64,000 bases of DNA from Zygnema circumcarinatum SAG 698-1b (Eukaryota; Plantae; Zygnematophyceae). Of the stretch, positions 56,333-64,000 are shown piece after piece. The DNA lies in the NCBI GenBank assembly GCA_037447605.1, contig CM074811.1, forward strand, positions 248,001-312,000, given 5' to 3'. The notes beneath the pieces are model-generated. The model had not been told where the DNA came from. It ran no database searches and saw only the letters and a list, made by a program, of their open reading frames with translations. The translations under genes were made by a program, and so were the position numbers. Position 1 is the stretch's first letter; each line of letters begins with the position of its first letter.

Positions 56333-57420
56333 AGGGGATACTTGTTTGCGAGGATTGCTTCACTCTTGCATTGGCAAGGACTAGACAGTGAAGACTTAGA
56401 TAGGAAAAAATTGCATGAATTATGTACATAGAGCGGCTGGTTACGCCTTTGACAGGGATTGAAGCGTGTAAGCGAAGGAAGAAAGTGTGAGAGAGTCGAC
56501 AGTTAGACATAAGATCGAGTGCTGGCAGTGAGGGGGGGCGGTGACCTCCCTTCGTGACTTTCTCTGTCGTCCTGTTGAAGATGAACACGAGTGGGGGACT
56601 TCGTATCGGCATGTCAGCACGAGGGAGAGGATCGCACCCAACTGGGTTTTTGGTCCCAAACTGGTCTTTAGACTGTCTACGAATTCTTGTTTGCCACATA
56701 CTTCGCTTACTAATATGGGAAGGTCGGAGCTCAGCTGAAAGCCGAGATTCTGGATAAACCATTCCTCCTTTTAGAAGATAACGTGTTTACCCTCTTTCTT
56801 CTTCTTGTCTTCTTCTTCTTCGGTGTGCTGTCTATTGCTCAGTGGGTGGGAAAAGGACGGTTACCGAACGGTGGTCAGAACGATGAGCTTATGTTGCGCA
56901 CAAATTACTTTAGAATGGTGAACATTTTCACTGAACTGTACATCATAGAATTGAGCAACGCATCACACTTTTTTAGTACATTTGATGGCATCATCGCCAT
57001 GGTGAGGTCAATGCCACATATTCCTTCCATCATACATCCATAACCAAGTTCATGGCACACATACCCATCATCATCATGCGCATGGAGGAACCCAGTTTTG
57101 AGTCCAGTGAGGAGGGGAACAAGCATATCCGTATGGTGAGGACTCTGAAAAGGGAAGTGGCATTGATCTCACGAGTGCGAGGCCATCAAATGTACTAAAA
57201 AAGTGTTCTTCATCAAGTTGTGGCCGTACGCATTTCAATCAACTGCACGGACGTAAGAGTTTTCTCAAGGAAGGGGAGAATTGGACACTGAAGGGGCTTC
57301 CATTGAAAAGGAAAAATAAAACAGACTTAGGCGTTTGGTTGTCTTTACAAGGAAATGGAAAGGGTTGGGGAAGGAGGAATAGGATAGAAAAAAATATTTT
57401 TTCTTGGGATGAGGGAATCC

Positions 57421-59721
57421 ATGGCTGCCGCTTCAGCAAAGAACGAAAGGAGGCGCGAGCATGGAGAGGCGGAGGGCGCCCCTCCGCGCAGCAAACGCAA
57501 GCGATATCTGTCGAGCAAGCAGGGGTGAGAGGAGGAGGAGAGAGGGAGAGAGACGGCGGGGAGGGGGCGTGCAGAGAGGGGGAGGGGGCAATGGGAGGGG
57601 GAGAGGGAGAGGGAGAGGAAAAGGATGAATTAAGGAGGGAGGTGGTGAGGAGGGAAGGAGGGGAGGGATAGAGGGGGAAAGGGAGAGGCGGTGAAAGCTG
57701 TGCTCTTGCTGGCTATGATGTCGCTTGTGTCATTGGCGAAGAAAAGAAGGTTTCAGGATGATGAAAGATACCCAAAAGTTGTGATAGAAGCAAGAGAGCT
57801 AGGGTTAAGCAGCCCATCTTCGGAAAGTCAGGAACCAAGAACACCAAGAAAGCCAAAATTACCTTGCTGGAAGCGCAACAGAAGTATTAAAGAATTTAAT
57901 GGTAATAGAAATGGAAAACCTTATGCTTTAAGGAGCTTAAAATATGAGTCCCAGAAGATGGAGGAGGAGGCAGCTGCAACCGCGGAGGCTGTGAAGGGCG
58001 ACTCCACCACACAAACCCTAAAACCAAAAAAGAGAAATTTGGATGATGTAGTTCAAAGCTTTGCGTGGAGGGAGGAGGATGTTGAGGGGGTTGGAAAGAA
58101 GAGGAGGTTTAGTAGAGAAGGGGCATGTGATTGTGCTGTGTGTAAAAATTATAGAGGGAGCGCTGCAGCAGGCGCGAGGGAGGGAGAGCAGATAGAGACT
58201 GACAAGGGAGGGAGCTCTCCTGTTTATGGAGGTCGGGAGGTAAGCTTAGAAGGGATTGTTCGGGCTTCGGAAGAGGAGGAAACCCTAAAATGTGAGCCGT
58301 TAGAGGATAAACACTCTGAAAAAAGAAACAGAGAGAGTGGAGACAAGCATGGAAATGTGAAGGATTGGGGAGACGGTCGGGAGATGACGGCATCCATGGA
58401 TGAGGAGTGTGGCAGAACTGCACAGGGAGGGAGGGCGATGGCAGAGTGTATAGGCGAAGGAGACGATGCTTTAATCGAGGGTGAAGGAAAGGATGCTACA
58501 TGGAAGGAGAGAGTTTTACTTCATCCAAAGATTAGTGTAGCGAGAGCTAAAGCTCAACTTGAAGCCGCAGTTTCCCTTAAGCTTGGACAGCATTTGAAAG
58601 GCGGTATTGCTGGGAGAGGGGCTGAAACCTATGGGGAGATGAAGGTGGAGGAGTTTTGGCGAGGGAGTTCGGAGGAGGAGTGTGTTGTGAGTGGTCGGAA
58701 ACGTAGAGAGAAGAAGGCAATGCAAGAGCAGCGGAAGTTAACTGAGCGGAGGAGAGAGAGGGCAGAAAGAGAGGGTGTGTCGATAGCGCGGGTGGTGAAG
58801 GAGCGGAGAAATGTGGTGGAGCCTTTCTGGAAGCCGCCGGCATCGCCATTCGGTTTAATTCAGGAGAGGCTTTATGCCGATCCATGGAGAGTCATGGTGG
58901 CTTGCATTCTCTTAAATAAAACAGCAGGAGCACAGGTGAGTCTAATGAGCAAAAGGTCGTCCTTCTTTCTGCTCATTTTCTCACTTGCCAAGTAATGTTT
59001 GTAGGGTATTTCAATCGATGCCACCCGGGAAGAGTAAATGGCCTCTAGAATGGCTGCTGAGTCCTTGTTGTGACGGAAAAATCGGCAGGCTTTTTTAATT
59101 TTAACCAAACGATTTCAACGACATTCTGACTTTAAGGCATGACTCACTAAGATTAGGGTTAAGATGCTTTGAAGAATTATGCTTGTTTTGGAGGATGATC
59201 ATTTCATGTTTGTGCAGATGCACAAGGTGATTTGGAACCTCTTCAAGCTGTGCCCCTCACCGGAGGCAGCGGCAAGCGCACAAGCGCGCGATATTGCAGC
59301 CCTGCTGGAGACTCAGGGCCTTCAAAATGTGAAGGCAAAAACAATCCAAAAATTCTCCTCGAGATTCCTCGACGACGACTGGACGGACATCATGGATCTC
59401 CCCGGCGTTGGGAAGTACGCCTCTCTCTCTCTCTCCCCCCCCCTCTACCTCCCGCCTTCCCCCTCCCCTCCTTTCGTCTCCCTGATGTCATTTTCCTCAC
59501 TATTCCGTATCTTTTCCTTGTTCTCATCCCTCCGCGCGGGATGCAGGTATGCCGCGGACGCCTACGCCATGTTCTGCGAGGGGCGGTGGAGGGAGGTCGC
59601 TCCCACGGACCATGCGCTGACCAAGTACTGGGCGTGGCTCCATGAGACGGGCGGGCAGGGCATGGCCTTCAAGGAGGAGGAGGAGCAGCAGGAGGGCTTC
59701 TCCCTCTCCGTGAGGGAATGA
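57421..59721 (+). CDS. MBD4L: MBD4-like HhH-GPD DNA glycosylase, copy 2
   Basis: Same motifs as copy 1, with an intact LPGVGKYAADAY. Confidence 0.88.
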
Positions 59722-61786
59722 TTGGAACAGACCTGCCCTGCGCGTGCAGGCGATGACGGGGAAGGGGAAAGGGGCAGGGGCAGGGTTCGAACCCTAGACC
59801 TCCCGGTACCCACACTGGAGGCTCGAACGAGTGCACGTGTGGAATTTGGCGGTTGGCGGCAATGCTCTCATGACTTTCGACGGGCAATGTTGGGTTTGTG
59901 TGGGGAGCAATGTGAGAGGTTTATCGCATGTAAGCTGCAATTCCAGATTCCGAACGAAGAGAAACATGAATTGGCATTGATGTCACGCATGGCGACCTCA
60001 TCCAATGCACATGGAGAAGAAAACATGGAGCATGGAACCAACATGGATGGTGTCCCAACAACATGTTGTTCCTCCTTCCAGTTTGTTCCCAAGCAACATG
60101 GTCCGCCCGGACCTCTTCCCGCTTATTTTTTATTTTTTGGTCCCAATTGAGCCGCCGCTCGTGCTCGCCACGTGAACGGCTTTTGTCGGCTAGCGTGATG
60201 CATGGCGTCTGGGACCTGACGTGGCAGAACCACCGAATTTCGCCACATGCAATATCACTTTTAAGGTGCGCGCAAATTTCGGGCCGCCGGGTCATGAATA
60301 AATCTGCAAATGCAAAATTTCGATCCGCCTGGTCAGCAAGTGGCGGGGGTCCTGCAGGAGCGGCAATTGACGTGGCACCAAAAGGAAAAGTCCCCAGCCA
60401 TACATTATCCAGGAAACGATTCGAAAAATAAACTTAGATTTTGTAGAAATAGCAGAAATCTAAAACTGGGACCCCCTTGCGCCGGAGGATCCTTAAAATC
60501 AAAATCAGGCACGTCGGGGATCCACGTCAGTGCAAGCGCATCAAATCGTCGCGCGAGATTCGTCGGTAGGCCGGATTTTGGGGTGCTGACGAATCGGCTG
60601 ACCACCCTACACTTTTGTCGTTTTCTTATCGGTCGACTCGTACTAAAAATTCAGCTAGACTTTTTGTTTTCTCCGCCACGTGGTAGCCAGCATGTGCAGA
60701 AAAGATTGTCTGACCTGGCTTGAACCAATGAGAACGCACAAAAGGATTAGCAGAATCTTTTTCTATGCTGTCTTTCTGCCACGTCCTAGTCCCACCCCAC
60801 GATCCCCAGAACGTTCCAAAAAATGGAATTTTCGGTTTTAAGGACCCCATCGTCGTATCTGAATGTGACCTTAAATCAAATTTAAATCCAGTCAAACCAG
60901 TCAAAATCTTGTATCACGTGGTGCCCCCACAGTACACGCGGCTCCGGGAAATCCGGTCCTTTCCCAAATTAAATGAAGCCTTCAGACGGCCCCTCATTGG
61001 CCCCGCAAATAACGGGCCATCACGTGTCTGAGTTGACCTTCCAAACGAACGGTTAGATCGTACCCAATCCTAGTCCCGACAAGAAAAATCGACGGTCCCA
61101 ATTTCTCAAAAATCTGCTGAGATTGCGGGAAATCGTGCCCACCATCAAATTGAATTTCTGTTTGCCATTAAATCGGCCCCAGATCCGCTCCTCGTGCAGC
61201 GAATTTCTTTCAGCCAATAGGAAGAGAGGCTGCCGGCAGCGTGGCCCAAAAAAGTCAAAAAAAATTGGGACTGCGCGTGGGGGGGGGAGGGGAGGCTGGC
61301 GGCTGGCCAATGGCTGACACTATTTCGCCGCCGGGCAGGGAAAAATATTTCGCGCGTGCGCAGTGGTACCCTAATGCGACAAAACAAACGGCAGAAGTGG
61401 ACAAGTTGCAGTCACGGGCAGCATTAAAAAAATGAACTTTGACCAGAATTTGGATATGGGAGATTTTTAGGGACGCTGTGATTGGCTGGAGTGTTCCGTC
61501 AGCCAATGAGAGTCTTTCTTTGAATATTTTTCTCTGCCCGAATGCGACCAAGGAAATGAACACGCGCGCGGCTCCTCACCTGCCCGGAGAAAAAGTTGCA
61601 TCTCAAACTGCCCGGAAAAAGTGCCTCCCTTTTCCTCCCTCGGACTTCACATAAAGCGCCGCCTCTCAGCTACTTCCTCAAGGCCCTTTCTCTCTCCCTC
61701 TCCCACTCCCTCTCCCTCTCCCACTATTCCTCTCTTTCCCTCGCTCTCTCTGCCTCTCCCTCTCTCTCTCTCGTGTCTCCCGCACC

Positions 61787-62638
61787 ATGATGAAGCTCGA
61801 TCTGCATGTCGAACTGGAGGACGGCCCCGCCCACCGGCCTGAAAAGGCTGACCCTGCTCGATGCTGCTCCAGCCAATCGGAAACCCTAAATGAAGAAGAG
61901 GAAGAGGCCGACGGATTCCTTTGCGGACAGCTTCACGCCGTCGGGGACCACTCGCTGGAGTCCTTTGGGGGCGAGGAGGAGCGGGAGGAGGAGGGAGAGG
62001 AGGCCAAGTGGGAGGCTCTGTACGACAGCGAAAAGGGGTCTCCATGCTCCGAAACGGATTTCTGTGACCAGGAATGGGAAAATATGACATGGAGATACTG
62101 GCTGGAGCTGCCCAAGCGGAGCAGCAAGAGGGGGGTCAGCTGGTCGGTGGATTCGGAGGTGGATCCGGATAAGGTGGAATTGGATAACGCGCGGAGGAGA
62201 AAGAGCACTTCTGCCTGCGGTGAGAAAACTTCTTCGTTCCTTTTCACTGTTAATTTGTGAGAGTTTTTAGTGTGAGATTATTCTTTAATTTATTGGATTG
62301 AGTAGTATACGAAGGAGGAAGAGAGAGAGGAGGCAGAGGGAGAGAGAAGAGGGGTGATCAAGTTATCTAATGGTATATTTCTCTCTCATTTTGTGTTTAC
62401 AGAAGAATATCGTGAGCTCTGCTCCTTGGAACGGATCGAGTCTGCGCGGGAGAGGGTGCAGCACGCGGCCCACAAGCTGGTAGACGCGCAGCTGCGACTG
62501 CAAGAGATTCAGCTCCTGCACACGGAGCAGGAAAAGGAAGAAATAGAAGCGCCGAGCAAAGCAGGGTCAGGGTCGCGCTCTGGAGTCGTGCACTGGCTGG
62601 CGGCGCGCCTCAAGGGGAGCCGCAGCGACAAAGATTGA
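61787..62638 (+). CDS. Hypothetical acidic/coiled-coil protein, copy 2, 2 exons
   Basis: Near-identical paralog of 55484-56332. Confidence 0.6.
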
Positions 62639-63722
62639 AGGGGATACTTGTTTGCGCGGATTGCTTCACTCTTGCATTTGCAAGGACTAGAAGGACAGTG
62701 AAGACTTAGATAGGAAACAATTGCATGAATTATGTACATAGAGCGGCTGGTTACGCCTTTGACAGGGATTGAAGCGTGTAAGCGAAGGAAGAAAGTGTGA
62801 GAGAGTCGACAGTTACACATAAGATCGAGTGCTGGCAGTGAGGGGGGGCGGTGACCTCCCTATGTGACTTTCTCTGTCGTCTTGTTGAAGATGAACACGA
62901 GTGGGGGACTTCGTATCGGCATGTCAGCACCAGAGAGAGGATCGCACCCAACTGGGTTTTTGGTCCCAAACTGGTCTTTAGACTGTCTACGAATTCTTGT
63001 TTGCCACAGACTTCGCTTACTAATATGGGAAGGCCAGAGCTCAGCTGAAAGCTGAGATTCTGGATTAACCATTCCACTTTTTAGAAGATAACGGTTTTAC
63101 CCTCTTCTTTCTTCTTGTGACAGGCGGAATTTTTTGCCATCGGAAACAGTTTTTTTCTCTTCTTATTTTGCGTCTGCGGTTTTCTACCTTCACGAATCGT
63201 GTTGTCATCACTTGAACCATATTTCTATTCAATGTGGACCCCTTTGATCATTGAACTTTTCAGATGAAGATACGTGTTTGTTCCCAATGTTGTTACGGGT
63301 TGTTTGTTTGTCTGTTGTGTTTGTGGTTAATTTATTTATGCTCAATTTTAATGTTATATGTTAGAAAGACACATTATGAAACATGTATATGTTTTGTGTG
63401 CATGCATCATGGCCCATGTCATGGCAACCAAAGGAACTGAACTTGACAATCTACTTATGTTATCACGGCAATGGACCATGTTCTAGCGTTGGCGGAATGT
63501 ATAGAGAAACTCTCGTTTCCCTTCAGGCCTCCTACCCGAGGCGCTCGCGCTCCCCAGAATCGTCATACCGATGGAAGGTGAATTCGCAAAAGTGACACTA
63601 CATTCCACGAAAACCTACATAACAATCCACACATCACACACCACAAAACACAAACACACACCAGTTCCAGCTAGGAAACAAACAAACAACAACAAAAAAA
63701 CGCTGATAACGCTGCAACGCAA

Positions 63723-63723
<1 letters not shown>

Positions 63724-63756
<33 letters not shown>
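63724..63756. repeat. (CTG)11 microsatellite
   Basis: Direct tandem trinucleotide. Confidence 0.9.
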
Positions 63757-63757
<1 letters not shown>

Positions 63758-64000
63758 AACGCTGCATACGACATACCGCATCGAACCACATACAGACATC
63801 ATGCGTCATGATCATGATGTGTACATCACACATCACACCCTACACGTGGTGATGCAAAAGCAGGCAGCCAACAAAAGTGGTAGCCCTGCTCCTCTGTTTG
63901 TATGGGAATTTGTATGATAATCTCAACGGCCTCAGCTTAGCTGTGCACTTGGAAGCAGGTGAGGCGCGGGAAGAGCTTCAGCAAATCCTCTCGCGACTTC

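Noticed and set aside
63935-64000. Possible C-terminus of a minus-strand gene (KSREDLLKLFPRLTCFQVHS*)
   Set aside because: Too short at the window edge to support a call.

Overview
Gene-dense, intron-containing eukaryotic nuclear DNA of a green plant. The gene set (BADC, SMR, nuclear FTR catalytic chain, Ure2p/Nu-class GST) suggests a non-seed streptophyte, but the species cannot be called from the sequence. From left to right: (1) the 5' end of an intron-containing secreted PstS/DING-like phosphate-binding protein gene, with a young full-length Ty1/copia element (315-bp LTRs, half-tRNA-Met PBS, TG...TA ends, CCCGC TSD) inserted in its promoter; (2) BADC, an orphan single-pass membrane protein, an RBM18-like RRM protein, a SIAMESE-related CDK inhibitor, plastid transaldolase, the FTR catalytic subunit, a class-3 lipase, KEOPS Pcc1, two tandem bacterial-like Nu/Ure2p GSTs and Nit1-type deaminated-glutathione amidase; (3) a ~7.8 kb / 6.2 kb tandem duplication carrying MBD4L plus an orphan gene, where copy 1 alone carries a 694-bp foldback element, a 135-bp MITE and an ~800-bp (CT)n tract. 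A dispersed TIR-like repeat family occurs about 12 times. All gene models were spliced by eye, so exon and start coordinates are approximate and family calls rest on recalled motifs rather than database searches.
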